DNA of 64,000 nt from Mobula hypostoma (GCF_963921235.1 NC_086108.1:22506001-22570000), one strand, 5' to 3'; shown: positions 11,901 to 24,933, counted from the stretch's first letter. A program made the numbers and translations. The notes: generated by a model not told the origin, from the letters alone.

Positions 11901-12998
11901 TTGTATGGTAAAGAGGAACTCCTGATCTCTTGTCTACTTTATCATGGTCCTTTAGACCTTATTTGACTAAGTTCACTAAGCTTTTTGTATAAAATGCAAA
12001 AATATTTTGCAACCTGTTATGGTTTTCCTTCTGTACTACCTGGATGTGCTTATGTGCAGAATGATTGGTACGGACAGCATTGGTACGGATTGCTTTTCGC
12101 TGTATCTCATTACCTGAGACAATATTAAACCTATTACCAATTATCTCGAACTTGGAAGGACCAGCAAAGAAACATGACCAATCTTAGTCAATGTAATTCA
12201 TCTTGCATACTAAGGATCATCCCAAGCCTTTAATTTGTTTTGTTCCATTTGGATGGTAACTAGGGCACTGTGCTATCTATAAAACTACTGTAGACTTTCA
12301 AATTCAGCAAAACAAATAGCACAAACAAGTGCAGAAGTTTAAGTTTAATTGGTTTTGGACAGACATGTTTTGATGCCTGTGTTTTAACCTTGATCCAATA
12401 CAGGCAGCCCCTAGGTTACTCTAGGCTTGCATTCCTGCGAGCAGTTCTTAAGTTGAAGAACAAAAGCTGTGTGGAGGAGGATCACAGAAACATTTGTGAT
12501 GGGGAGAGCAAACAGGAGAAGGAAGTGTGGCTCCCAGCTGGTCTCACTGACTCCCGGATCTGCTCGGCTCAATGCAGCCCTTGATTGTTGTAGCTTGGGG
12601 TGTTGTGGAGGGGGGTGGGGGAAGTAGAGTGGGAGAAAATTCACACACAAATGCCTCTTTTCCACCTGACAGAAGAAGACTGCAGCCCTGTAGCCAGTAG
12701 CCATCAGCAAATTCAACCCAATTCATCCTAGTGGTGTTGCAAATGCATATTCATATGTACAGTTGTCCAGAAGTCAGATATTCATGACCTGGGAAGGGCC
12801 TGAATGCTTATGCTTAACAAAGGTTTACCATGTCTCTGCTCCCCTACTCACTGTGTGAAGCCGCATTTCTCAGTTCGATGAGTGAGTGATTTTTATGCAC
12901 TGGCTGAATGCCTAGTTGGTGTGGTCTTTCATTGATTCTATTATGGTTATTGAATTTATTGAGTGTGCTTGTAAGAACATGAATCTCAGGGTGACAAA

Positions 12999-15623
12999 CA
13001 GTGCCTATAAAGAGTATTCACTCCCCCCCCCACCCCCGAAGCTTTCATGTTTTGTTTTGCATTGAATCATAGTGAATTTCATATGGCCTTTGTGACACTG
13101 ATCAACAGAAAAAGACTTTTTCATGTCAAAGTAAAAACAGATCTCTACAAAGTGATCTAAGTTAATTAAAAATATGAAACACAAAATAATTGATTGCATA
13201 AGTATTCATCCCCTTCAAGTCAGTATGAAGTAGATGCAGCTTTGGCAGAATTACAGCTCGAGTCTGTGTGGATAGGTCTCTATATCAGCTTTGCACATCT
13301 GAACACTGCAATTTTTCTCCTTTACAAAACTACTCAAGCTATATCAGATTGCATGGACCTTGTGAGAGAACAGCCCTTTTCAAGTCCAGCCACAAATTCT
13401 CAATTGGATTGAGGCCTGGACTCTGACTTGGCCACTCCAGGACATTAACTTTGCAGTTTTTAAGCCATTCCTGTGTAGATTTGGCTTTATGCTTGGGGTC
13501 ATTGTCCTGCTGGAAAACAAATCTTCTCCCAAGTAGCAGTTCTCTTGTAGACTGCATCAGGTATTCCTCCAGGATTTCCCTGTATTTTGCTGCATTCATT
13601 TTGCCCTCTACCTTCACAAGCCTTTCAGGGCCTGCTACAGTGAAGCATCTTCACAGCACGATGCAGCCACCGCCATGCTTCACGGTAGGGATGATGTGTT
13701 TTTGATGATGTGCAGTATTTGGCTTACACCAAAAATAGCATTTAGTCTGATGGGGGGAAAAAAAAGCCCAATTTTGGTTTCATCAGACCATAGAACCTTC
13801 TTCCAGCTGACTTCAGAGTCTCCCACATGCCTTCTGGCAAATTCTAGCTGAGATTTCATGTGAGTTGTTTTCAACAATGGCTTTCTCTTTGCCACTCTCC
13901 CATAGAGCTACACCTGGTGAAGTACCCAGTCAACAGTTGTTGTAGGTGCAGACTTTCTCATCTCGGCCACTGAAGCTTGTAACTCCTCCAGAGCTGTCAC
14001 AGGTCTCTTGGTGGCCTCCCTCATTAGTCCCCTTATGCAGTCACTCAGTTTTTGAGGATGGTTTGTTCTAGGCAATTTACAGCTGTGCCATATTTTTTCC
14101 ATTTCTTGATGATTGACTTAACTGTACTATAAGGGATATTCAGTGACTTGGAAATTTTCTTGTATCCATTTCCTGACTTGTGCTTTTCAATAACCTTTTT
14201 GAGGAGTTGCTTGGAGTGTTTTTTTTGGTTTTCATGGTGTAGTTTTTGCCGGGATACTGACTCGCCAGCAGCTGGATCTTCTCCCTCCTCCCCCTTCAAG
14301 GTGCATTGCCGCCACCAACTGGACTGGAGTGTGGTGTAGTGAGTTGGGAAATAAAACCCCTACTAGTTCTCTATCAACTGAATACTAAATTACCCCAAAA
14401 AGCCCTACAGATTTTAAATAATGAAAGGCAATATTGTAAATTAAATTAAAGTAACTTCCATAACTTAGTTTTTAAATGAAAACTGTCAACCCCCAAAACT
14501 GGTAGTGTAGCTTGTATTTGCTTTCGTTCAACCTTGTATGTTTCACAATGTAAAATAATGTGTTCAACTGTTTCATAATGTTGACAACAGTTACATACCC
14601 CAGAGTGATGTTTTCCAACAAGATATAGGAATAATTAAGCATAGTATGTCCAACTCAGTTCAAGTCAATATGATCCCTTCTCCCATCAATCCAACAGTTT
14701 TGTATTTTGTCAAGGGGTTTCCCCTCATGCCCATTATTCCACAAGTCTTGCCATAATCCCCGAATTCTTAGACTCACCAACCCCTTAGCTTCTGATTTGT
14801 TAAGTGGAAGGTCTATATCCATAGTTGGACTTTAACAGCCTTTTTGACCAAAAATCTACCACTCATTCCCCTCAACACCTCTGTGTGCAGGGACCCATAA
14901 GAAGACATGTAGACCAATACTTTGAATATGAAATAAAGTTTGAAGAGCTTCCAGCAGTAAATCAGACCTATTGCTAGAACGACCTGTTTTAAGACTAGTC
15001 AAAACTGAGAAAGAATCTCAACAAATTATAACTTTGCAGGGACAAAGTTCCTCCACCCACTGTGAGCCCAAAACGATGGCAACCAGTTCTGCAGTATACA
15101 CTGATAAATAGTAAGACATTTCTTTATTGTTACCTGTAATTCAGACACAAAAACATCCACATTGACATTCCTCATTAAATTATCTGTAGATTCATCAGTA
15201 AAAATTGTTAACATATCGCAATAATTTTCCTTAACATACTGATAACCAACAGACTCAGGCATTTTGGAGCAGTTGGACCTTCCAGATACAGGTGTGTTTT
15301 TACTACAATCATTTGAAACCTCTAGACTGCACCCAGGTGATCTCCATTTAATTAATGTGACTTCTGAAACCAGTTGGCTGCATCAGTGATGATTTGGTGT
15401 GTCATATTAAAGGGGATGAGAAAACATTCAATTACTTAATGTTTTTATATTTGTAATTAATTTAGATCACTTTGTAGAGATCTGTTTTCAGTTTAACACG
15501 AAAGAATCTTTTTCTGTTGATCGGTGTCAAAAAAAGTCAAATTAAATCTACCGTGACTCAATGTTGTAAAACAATAAAACATGAAAACTTCCAAGAGGGG
15601 GTTGAATATCTTTATAGGCACTG
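12999..15623 (-). mobile_element. Tc1-family DNA transposon (long-TIR type), transposase pseudogene
   Basis: TIRs start CAGTGCCTATAAAGA at 12999 and end TCTTTATAGGCACTG+TA at 15623, ~210 bp each; frameshifted transposase 13339-14232 with [38 protein letters not shown]. Confidence 0.92.
14282..15267 (-). mobile_element. I-clade (Nimb-like) LINE 3' fragment with RNase H remnant, inserted in the Tc1
   Basis: IFTDES and WVPAHRGVEGNE motifs on - strand; 3' end ccagttggtggcggcaatgcacc; ~15-bp TSD agcagctggatcttc (14267-14281) / agcagttggaccttc (15268-15282). Confidence 0.75.
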
Positions 15624-16352
15624 TATATACTTTGATAATGAATTTACTTTAAATTTACTTTGAATTCCATCATCTGGGTGTGAATAATTTCCTTTTGTAT
15701 ATGAGTGTGAGGGTGTATAAGCTTCTCCTATTCCTTGCATCTTTTGACTTTTGAAAGAGTAGCATCACGAGATAACAGTCAGTCTTTCTGCTTTGCTGGG
15801 TATAGTGATGCACTTGTTTCTCCTTCCACTTTGTTCATAGATTTGCTTTGCCACTTAGTGTCCCAGCAAGATGACGACTCAGATGAGTTCTGAGCTGCAG
15901 GTGACTCTCAATCTCAGATAGCTGCTTCAGTTTACTTAGACTGAATTTGAGAATCTGTCACAATAACCTCAGTGTGGTAATGCTTTGCAAGGTGGCAACT
16001 ATTTCAGGAACATTTCAGTTTCTGCTGATGATTATGTGCTCAAAGGATGAAGCACGAAGTCTTTAGGAAAAGGAATTTTTCATCCTCATTGTAATTATTT
16101 TGGAAACAATTTTTATAACTAATATTTTGCTTTAGGTAACTGACCTCTCATTTGCAAAATATCATGTAGATGACTATCTGACATGTAACATACCTCATTT
16201 TTATATTCTTTCAATTTGTGCAAAGTTTTGGCTGAACAATTTCATTACGTGTATCGTGCTGTGTCTGCTAATTATTTGCCAGACCTGTCTTTATTCACAA
16301 GTAGTGTGAATTGATGTTATATGAATGCATGGAAAATTCATTTTGAAATAGA

Positions 16353-16918
16353 CTCTCAGTGGCCACTTAATTAGGTACACAACTGTACATCTGGTTAATG
16401 CAAATATCTAATCAGCCAATCATGTGACAGCAACTCATTGCATGTAATCATACAGCCAGGGTGAAGAAGTTCATTTGTTCAGACCGAACATCAGAATGTG
16501 GAAGAAATGTAATCTAAGTGACTTTGATCGTGGAAGGATTATTGGTGCCAGTTGGGGCAGTTTGAGCAGCTCAGAAACTACTGATCTCCTGGGATTTTCA
16601 TGCATAATAGTGTCTAGAGTTTATAGAATAGCGCAAAAAAAACCAAAGCAAAAACAACCAGCGAGTGCCAGTTCTGTGGACAGAAATACCTTGTTAATGA
16701 GAGGGGTCAGAGGAGAAAGGCCAGACTGGTTCAAGCTGACAGGAAGGTAACAGTGACTCAAATAACCACTACAACAGTGGTGTGCAAAAGAGCATCTCTG
16801 AACGCACAACATGTCGAACCTTGAAGTAGATGGTTTACAGAAGTAGAAGATTATGAACATACATTCATTGACTACTTTATTAGGTACAGGAGGTTCCTCG
16901 TAAAGTGACCACTGAATG
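16353..16918 (+). mobile_element. Internally deleted non-autonomous Tc1-like element
   Basis: ctcagtggccactt..ttaggtacac left TIR, taaagtgaccactgaatg+TA right TIR; decayed N-terminal HTH (LSDFDRGRIIGA..ETTDLLGFS). Confidence 0.8.
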
Positions 16919-17264
16919 TATGGACAGGTCATCCTTGAGTTACAAGCACTGACCTTATGGGCACCCCTGCATACGAATAATAATAATAAATTCAAATGTC
17001 TTGCATATATATGTGTTTGTTCCGACAAACAGCAGAACTAGCTTTTTTTTTTGCTTTCCACTTTTATTAATTGTTTTTTCTTATCATTCTAATGTGCTTT
17101 GGATGCCACTGTGGAGGTGTGGTTACCATACTGCATGATATTATTTTTGTGCACTGCCCAACGTACAGACAATATCAATCTGTAAAAACCTAATCTGTTA
17201 ATGGGTGAAAGCGTGTATGTTGTATCGTGAAACAACATCATTGACATCTGACTATAATGCTCAT

Positions 17265-17998
17265 ACATCGGTTGCAGTTAATTGGGACACATTGGGATCA
17301 GAACATTTTGTCCCAATTTAATGGCTGCTCCATTTAGCCGAAGTTTCATGGAAATAGTTTTTAAAAAAAAGTATTAAAAAAAAGGCAAACAATCATTTAC
17401 ACCAGAAAATCTGCAGATGCTGGAAATCCAAAGCAACACACAAAATGCTGGAGGAACTCAACAGGTCAGGCAGCATCTACGGAAAAAAGTACAGTCGACG
17501 ATTCGGGAGTTCATCTGCTGTGCTTTGACTGACTGTAAATAAACAAAATCAGTGTAGACACCTATTGCAGATAATAGATTGCCTTTATACAATGCTTATA
17601 ACGATTGCACCCTCCAAATCTTCATAACTCCTGACTTGTTGAAGTAGTGATGAATGTGGTGAGCAAAACAGACACGAATTGTCCTGCGGCTTATTTCTCA
17701 CCAAATATCAGTGACAAAAATCACTGCTTTTTGAACAGAAACACACACAACTGATGCTATTTAAAAACTGATTGCTCTAAGTGCAGAGTAGTGTCTAATG
17801 GCTATGCAGGTGTACCTGACAAAGGCTAGTTAGAAAATGTCCAGCAACAGTCTCCTGCCCCAATTAAGTGTCACAGTGTCCCAAATAAACAAAAGGAATC
17901 CTGGCAATTTGCTCGATTTTTAGCTTTTGTTCTTTAAGAGTTGTCCTAAATACATGGCAACCCCAATCAACTGATGACTCAGTTAAGTAGAATCCACT
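17265..17998. mobile_element. pogo/Tigger-like MITE, carrying a Penelope mini-element at ~17400-17510
   Basis: TA-flanked ends, repeated ttaattgggacac / tgtcccaa / cccaattaa subterminal motifs, right end gaatccactg+TA. Confidence 0.55.
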
Positions 17999-18538
17999 GT
18001 ATTTGCTTTGTGTTTAATAATCTTTATTTACTGTGTTACACAGTGCTTTTCCCACACATCCTTTTATAACTTGTTTGTATGTATGTGTTTTTCTTGTACT
18101 TTGCAAGCTCAGTTTTGGGTTTCTATTTAATTTGTGCACTTTGTTCATTTTGTGAATGATAGATGTCTACTCTTTGTTCCTTTCCTGCTTGTTTAGTATG
18201 ATTAACTCACTTTTAAGTGCACTTCTATCTTTTCACTCCACTTTCACTAACACTTGCAGAGCTGCCTTGTTGAAGTTGTCACTCTGAACTATTTTTCATT
18301 GCTAATTGATTCTCTAGCCAGATTTTTAGAGTCTGCAAAAGGTGTAAGGATCATATGGCTCATTGGTAGCTTCAAAATTGGATGACTGTTGCAGAGAATT
18401 TGTATCTCTATTAGCCAAATATGAATCCAGATAAATATTCAAACAACAGGAATTCTGCAGATGCTGGAAATTCAAGCAACACACTTCAAAGTTGCTGGTG
18501 AACGCTGCAGACTAGGCAGCATCTCTAGGAAGAGGTAC

Positions 18539-18574
18539 AGTTGACGTTTCAGGCCGAGACCCTTCGTCAGGACT
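18539..18574 (-). ncRNA. Minimal type I hammerhead ribozyme motif (inverted pLTR)
   Basis: - strand AGTC-CTGACGA-AGGGTCTCGGCCT-GAAACGTC-AACT. Confidence 0.75.
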
Positions 18575-19924
18575 GCATTGGCGCTGCTTCCTGTACACAT
18601 GCTGAGCTCGTTGACTTTATTAACTTTGCCTCCAACTTTCACCCTGCCCTCAAGTTTACCTGGTCCATTTCTGGCACCTCCCTCCCCTTCCTAGATCTTT
18701 CTGTCTCTGGAGACAGCTTATCTACTGATCTCTACTATAAGCCTACTGACTCTCAGAGTTATCTGGACTATTCCTCTTCTCACCCTGTTTCTTGCAAAAA
18801 TGCCATCCCCTTCTCGCAATTCCTCTGTCTCCGCCGCATCTGCTCTCAGGATGAGGCTTTTCATTCCAGGACGAGGGAGATGTCCTCCTTTTTTAAAGAA
18901 AGGGGCTTCCCTTCCTCCACTATCAACTCTGCTCTCAAATGCATCTCCCCCATTTCACGTACATCTGCTCTCACTCCATCCTCCCGCCACCCCACTAGGA
19001 ATAGGGTTCCCCTGGTCCTCACCTACCACCCCACCAGCCTCCAGGTCCAACGTATTATTCTCCGTAACTTCCGCCACCTCCAATGGGATCCCACCACTAA
19101 GCACATCTTTCCCTCCTTCCTCCCCCCCGCCTGCTTTCCGCAGGGATCGCTCCCTACGCGACTCCCTTGTCCATTCGTCCCCCCCATCCCTCCCCGCTGA
19201 TCTCCCTCCTGGCACTTATCCTTGTAAGCGGAACAAGTGCTACACATGCCCTTACACTTCCTCCCTTATCACCATTCAGGGCCCCAGACAGTCCTTCCAG
19301 GTGAGGCGACACTTCACCTGTGAGTCAGCTGGGGTGATATACTGCATCCGGTGCTCCCGATATGGCCTTCTAAATATAGGCGAGACCCAATGCAGACTGG
19401 GAGACCGCTTTGCTGAACACCTACGCTCTGTCCACCAGAGAAAGCAGGATCTCCCAGTGGCCACACATTTTAATTCCACATCCCATTCCCATTCTGACAT
19501 GTCTATCCATGGCCTCCTCTACTGTAAAGATGAAGCCACACTCAGGTTGGAGGAACAACACCTTATATTCCGTCTGGGTAGCCTCCAACCTGATGGCATG
19601 AACATCGACTTCTCTAACTTCCGCTAAGGCCCCACCTCCCCCTTGTACCCCATCTGTTATTTATTTTTATACACACATTCTTTCTCTCACTCTCCTTTTT
19701 CTCCCTCTGTCCCTCTGACTATACCCCTTGCCCATCCTCTGGGTTCCCCCCCCCACCTTTGTCTTTCTCCCTGGGCCTCTTGTCCCATGATCCTCTCATA
19801 TCCCCTTTGCCAATCACCTGTCCAGCTCTTGGCTCTATCCCTCCCCCTCCTGTCTTCTCCTATCATTTTGGATCTCCCCCTCCCCCTCCCACTTTCAAAT
19901 CTCTTACTCACTCTTCCTTCAGTT

Positions 19925-19960
19925 AGTCCTGACGAAGGGTCTCGGCCTGAAATGTCGACT
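19925..19960 (+). ncRNA. Minimal type I hammerhead ribozyme motif (3' pLTR), CpG-decayed
   Basis: AGTC-CTGACGA-AGGGTCTCGGCCT-GAAATGTC-GACT. Confidence 0.75.
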
Positions 19961-20231
19961 GTACCTCTTCCTAGAGATGCTGCCTGGCCTGCTGCGTTCA
20001 CCAGCAACTTTGATGTGTGTTGCCAGATAAATGTTGATCTGTTTAACAACGTTTTAACAAAACCAGTTTCACTTCACTTGCTTCAGATGCTACATTAACT
20101 TGATTTTTCTTTTGATGGTCTTCCAGTTTTAAGGCCCTGGTGAAAGCAATGCAACAGCGGCTATGCATTTTCCTGTGTGCATTGAGTATCAGACCGAATT
20201 GAGGAAATATAAGAAGACTTGCATAACAAAC

Positions 20232-20357
20232 ATGGGAAAATCTGCAGATGCTGGAAATCTGAGCAACAGACAAAAGATGCTGGAGGAACTCCGCAGGCCA
20301 GGCAGCATCTATGAAAAGAGTACAGTCACTGTTTCGGGCCAAGACCCTTCATCAGGT
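20232..20357 (-). mobile_element. Penelope pLTR-derived mini-element with hammerhead core
   Basis: - strand CTGATGA-AGGGTCTTGGCCC-GAAAC at ~20331-20355, followed by the gatgctgcctggcctg..ttcctccagca arm. Confidence 0.75.
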
Positions 20358-21837
20358 CTTCAATGTCTTCAAGCTCTTGTTGCTTTGAAGGAGGCAAAAA
20401 AGATAGGTTTATGGATGCTTCCTCTGGAGCAGGGTTTCCCAACTTACTTTATACTGTGGGCCAATACCATTAAGCAAGGGGCCGTGTCTAGAGACGGGAA
20501 AGGTGATTATTTTGGTAGGTAATGTAGACTGTCTGTAGTCATATCTGCTTTAGCCTTGAATTGAAGATCTTGAGTTGTGAGACATTGAGGAATATTGTTC
20601 ATAAATTGTCTGCAGTATTTTTTGAATTTATAGCATTGGTTGAAAGTGCTCACAAGCACAAGAGCATAAGACCACGTCAAGCCTTTGAATTTTCTAAAAG
20701 CCAAACAAAAACCTGTGGATCTTAGAAATCAAAGTTGAGTTTATTGTCAAATGCACAAGCATGTGTACGCATAGGTGCATTTGAAACTTTTGCAGCAGCA
20801 TCAAGGCACAGAGTCAGAAACGCAGCATTGTCAAGAAAAACATAAATTATAGAATATCTGAAGCAAAAGCAGAAAATGCTGGAAATAATCATCAGACCAG
20901 GCAATTTCGGGTCAGTGAAATGTCATACACTTAACACTTTCTCTTTCCATGAATACTGCCTGACCTTCCAGGTATTTCCAAATCTTCTAAAACATGGAGA
21001 GTCCAAATCTAGTTGGTATATTCATGACTCAGAATTTAATTCATGGAAGGGAGGTAACATTCTGGTAAATTTCCATTATACTTTGTCCCAGACATCCTTG
21101 CTATGCTGAAGTTTGTGATGCTGAATTAAGGAATGGTAGTGGATGTTTATGTGGTTTTCAAGGAGGCATTCATTATATTCCCTTGGAGCAGGGGTTCGCA
21201 GCCTGGGGTCCATGGACCTCTCGGTTAATGGGAGGGGTCCATGCATTAAAAAAAGATTGGGAACCTCTGCCTTGGAGATTGTGAATGACCAATTGTGAAA
21301 CTGCTATCATGGAGTTCAATTTTTTTTCATCTGGTTTGGACACTAGCTGCCTGCAGGCAACAGAGTTGGGATAATGCACAACCTGTTTCTATAAGTGTTT
21401 ATCAAGGGCTTGAGTGAAAAGGTAAAAATCTGTTTATGTGTGATTTAGGATACATTTATGTTCAATACTTAAGTTACCATGGGCTCCTTAATCAGAAATA
21501 ATAAAGCATTATGAAATTATATTAATTGCACTGGAATTCAAAGGGTTGTGGTGCAGTTAAACAAAGCTTTCCATAAATCACACCTGGGATACTTAAGACA
21601 ATCCTAAGCATCTTAGCATTGTGAGGAAGAACTAGACCATGGACCATAAGATGTAGGAGCCAAACTAGGCCATTTGCCCCCTCGAGCTGTCTTTGGAATG
21701 GGTGTTGTGCATATTTATGAGAATGGTAACTGGGTCTCCAGAAATTACATTCTGAGTACTGATTGCATAGGCTTGGTCTTGAAATTTAGAAGATGAAAAG
21801 TGGGGATTAGATCAAAGTTTCTATTTATTATGGGTGG

Positions 21838-22070
21838 AGGCAACACTGTGTTGCAGTTAGTAGAACTGCTGCCTCAGTGTAAGCAACCTGGTTCGATCCT
21901 GATTTCTGATACTGTCTGTGTGGAGGTTGCAAGTTCTTCGTGTGGGTTTCCTCTGGATGTATAGGGTTCTTCTAATATGAAGATATGCAGGTTAGTAAAT
22001 TAATTGGCACCTGTGAATTACTCCTAGTGTGTAGGCGGGTGGTAGGATCTGTGGGAAGTATAAAAATGTG
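21838..22070 (+). mobile_element. HE1/V-SINE-like tRNA-derived SINE
   Basis: B-box GGTTCGATCC at ~21890, V-domain-like tctgtgtggaggttgcaagttct..gtgggtttcctctgg, ttagtaaattaattgg. Confidence 0.7.
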
Positions 22071-22497
22071 ACTAGTGTAAGATTGGAGTGGATGCTCAGT
22101 GCAGATTTGATTCTTTAACAAATAGAGTAGTTGGAAGCCAGTTTCTAAGTCTGGTGGGAGCAAAGGCTGTTGAGAATGGTGAGGGTGGAGCATCGTGGGA
22201 GGGTTGTGGGACAGGCGGCAGAGGAGGGGAGCCGGGGCGGGTGTTGGGTGCAGACATGCCCAGCTCTGAGACACCAGGCAAGGTAATTTGATTTCAAACA
22301 ATTGGTTAATTGGTTATTACAGAATGTTTCTCTGCTTCCTCTGCCTTCCCCTTTTTGCAACCATGATTCCCCTCTCCCTATCCCCTTCCCACTCTCAGTC
22401 CACAATACAGAGCCATATCAGAATCGGGTTTATCACCTACAAGTCATGAAATTACTTTTTTAGTGGCAGCAGTACAGTGTAATAAATAAAATTACTA

Positions 22498-22562
22498 CAG
22501 TACTCTGCAAAAGTCTTAAGCAGCCTAGCCATATATGTGCCTAAGACTTTTGCACAGGACTG
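22498..22562. mobile_element. 65-bp TA-flanked Tc1/mariner-type palindromic MITE
   Basis: TA|cagtactctgcaaaagtcttaagca...tgcctaagacttttgcacaggactg|TA. Confidence 0.75.
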
Positions 22563-22639
22563 TACGCTAACACGATTATTCATTCTCCCCACTTCATCAT
22601 TGACTTCCTCTAGATCCTACTATGTATGCACACAACAAG

Positions 22640-22795
22640 AATTTATATTGGCCAATTAATCTGTCAGCACATCTTTTGGAGGGTACCCATGTGGTGAGAG
22701 AGAATGTCTAAACTCCACACAGAGAGCACCCTGGATTAAGATTGAATCTTGGTCTTTGGCACTCCAGCCTAATGCAGCAACTCTGCCCGCTGTGC
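22640..22795 (-). mobile_element. HE1/V-SINE-like fragment
   Basis: gccaattaatct..cacatcttttgga..aaactccacacagagagcacc..gattgaatc. Confidence 0.6.
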
Positions 22796-23120
22796 CTCTG
22801 TATCACTACTGGCTGGGAAAAAGTCTGGAACTCGCCTCTGAAAAATGTAGCAAGTGTTGGAATGTTTATAATTATACACGTGGGATGTTAATAACTAAGG
22901 TTGTAAGGCAAAGATCCATCTGTGCACTTGGGTCACAGATTATCCATGATTTCCCTGACTGGTGGAAACAATTTAGGACTAAATGTTGTTGTGTTCCTAA
23001 AATAGTTCTTTGCCTCTTTGCTTCACGTTTACCAATTTTACTGCATGCTCCTTGGGTAAGCAGCCAATCCATTTAATGGCTGATGAATATAAATGGATTT
23101 TTATTTTTTATTTTTGTCAG

Positions 23121-23263
23121 GACAGTAGTGAAGTCATGGAAAGGGACCAAAGCAAAGAGGAGGATGTGGCCCATTGGTGGGGAGAGTGGAGCTCCTGGTC
23201 CACCTGTAGTCGGAGCTGTGGGGGAGGAGTTATGTCCCAGGAGAGGCACTGTTTACAACAAAG
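23121..23263 (+). CDS. ADAMTSL2: ADAMTSL2-like exon encoding the start of thrombospondin type-1 repeat 1 (DSSEVMERDQSKEEDVAHWWGEWSSWSTCSRSCGGGVMSQERHCLQQR)
   Basis: T-rich tract + TCAG acceptor (23119-23120), 143-nt open exon, AAG|GTAAGT phase-2 donor; WWGEW..CSRSCGGGV.SQERHCLQQR is characteristic of the ADAMTSL2 subfamily (the paralog ADAMTSL7 is not excluded). Confidence 0.9.
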
Positions 23264-23589
23264 GTAAGTGACGTTATTCTCCATTGGTTTTCAGTGAGGA
23301 TGCACAGTTTCCCAATGAATTACTTCCTACTTCTAGGCAAAAAAAGGATTGCCTGCTCTTCTTGCCCATCTTGGCAGGTCCTTGAAGAGGCCATTTCCAG
23401 GAAGTTTGGTGATGCTCCTCCCTAGCTCCACCGCCCCTCTTCTCCCCCCAGTCATCAGGTCAAAAGGCATAAACCTAGATTTGGTGTGTTGGATGAATCT
23501 ATTTATTGAGATACAGTGCAGAATAGGCCTTTCTGGCCCTATGATCTGCACCACCCACTGAACCCCGATTTAATCCTATCCTCACAATT

Positions 23590-23720
23590 TACAATGACCA
23601 GTTAACCTACCAACCGGCACATCTTTGGATTGTGGGAGAAAACCAGATCACCCAGAGGAAGCCCACATGGTCACGGGAAGAACATAAAACTCCTTACAGG
23701 CAGCGGTAGGATTATTTCGG
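23590..23720 (-). mobile_element. HE1/V-SINE-like fragment
   Basis: tacaatgaccagttaacctaccaaccggcacatctttggattgtgggagaaaaccag..cacatggtcacggg. Confidence 0.65.
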
Positions 23721-24644
23721 ATGGTAACGATAGTTTTACCCCTCTTTGGCACAAGGTGACCCTGGTATAACAAAAAATATTGTGTTCCTTGGGTTGATCG
23801 ATTGGCAACACCATTTCCTCTTTGGGGTCACTGAGTGGAAAATTATAAATTAGTTCTTTATTGTCACCTGACTTGAGGTCTGGTGACAAACTTTGCTCTG
23901 CATGCCATCCGTGCAGATTTCATCACATCAAAACATCAAGTAGTGCAAGGGGAAGCAGTAACAGAATGCAGAATAAAGTGTTATAAGATGCATGACCATG
24001 ACGGGGTAAACTGTGACATCAAGAATCCATCTTATCATACAAGGTGCTCAGGAGGCACTTCACTGTCATGCTGATTTATTCGATTGTGTAGTTGTGGTTC
24101 TGTGGACCATCTCTGCTCAAAGCTTTATATTTAACATTGTAGCTGTAAATCAATCTTCATGATTTATGACAAATAGCATGAAAAGCTGTTCCCAGTAGCT
24201 GCAGTTGTTGCAAAGATGGCTCATGCAACAATGTTGTGTTGTGAAGACCACGGCATAAGTCAGTGTTTTGACTGCCTCGTTGATATTCTCTTCCTTCTTC
24301 CCCAATCTGGCAGGAAGATTTGGGGATGAAGTTACTTTATTCTGTCCCCTTACCATTGATGTATCAGTGCAGTTTAGCACACTGACACTTGTTGAATTTA
24401 TCTGAAGCCTCTTTCCCACTTGGTGATTAACAGGTGCAAAAGAAAGACAAGAAGATATTTATACAATTATCCATGATTTAACTGTGGACTCTTTGGCTAA
24501 ATAGAGTGTCTCCCATTTGAGGTCCTGTAGGATTTGTAACCTTTTCCAGTGGCTCTACAATTAAAATAGTTTGACTGTAATAGCAACACAAGTGAAAACA
24601 ACTTAAAAAAAAAACAAAAAAACTAGAACTTGAAACGGTAGTGA

Positions 24645-24719
<75 letters not shown>

Positions 24720-24720
24720 A

Positions 24721-24751
<31 letters not shown>

Positions 24752-24754
24752 ATA

Positions 24755-24787
<33 letters not shown>

Positions 24788-24853
24788 ATATATGTGTGTG
24801 TATATATATATGTGTGTGTGTGTGTGTAATGTGTGTGTGTATGTGTGTGTGTA

Positions 24854-24884
<31 letters not shown>

Positions 24885-24933
24885 GTGTGTGTGTGTGTGT
24901 ATATATATGTGTGTGTGTGTGTGTATATATGTG

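Larger units (their letters stand above)
18441..20022 (+). mobile_element. Penelope-like element, 5'-truncated with inverted pLTR; RT C-terminus and GIY-YIG endonuclease (frameshifted)
   Basis: LKFT, LPFLDL, YYKPT (18575-19200); GVIYCIRC..IGET..RFAEH..HFN..LEEQHLIFRLGSLQPDGMN (to 19627); 18478-18574 is the reverse complement of 19925-20022. Confidence 0.92.
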
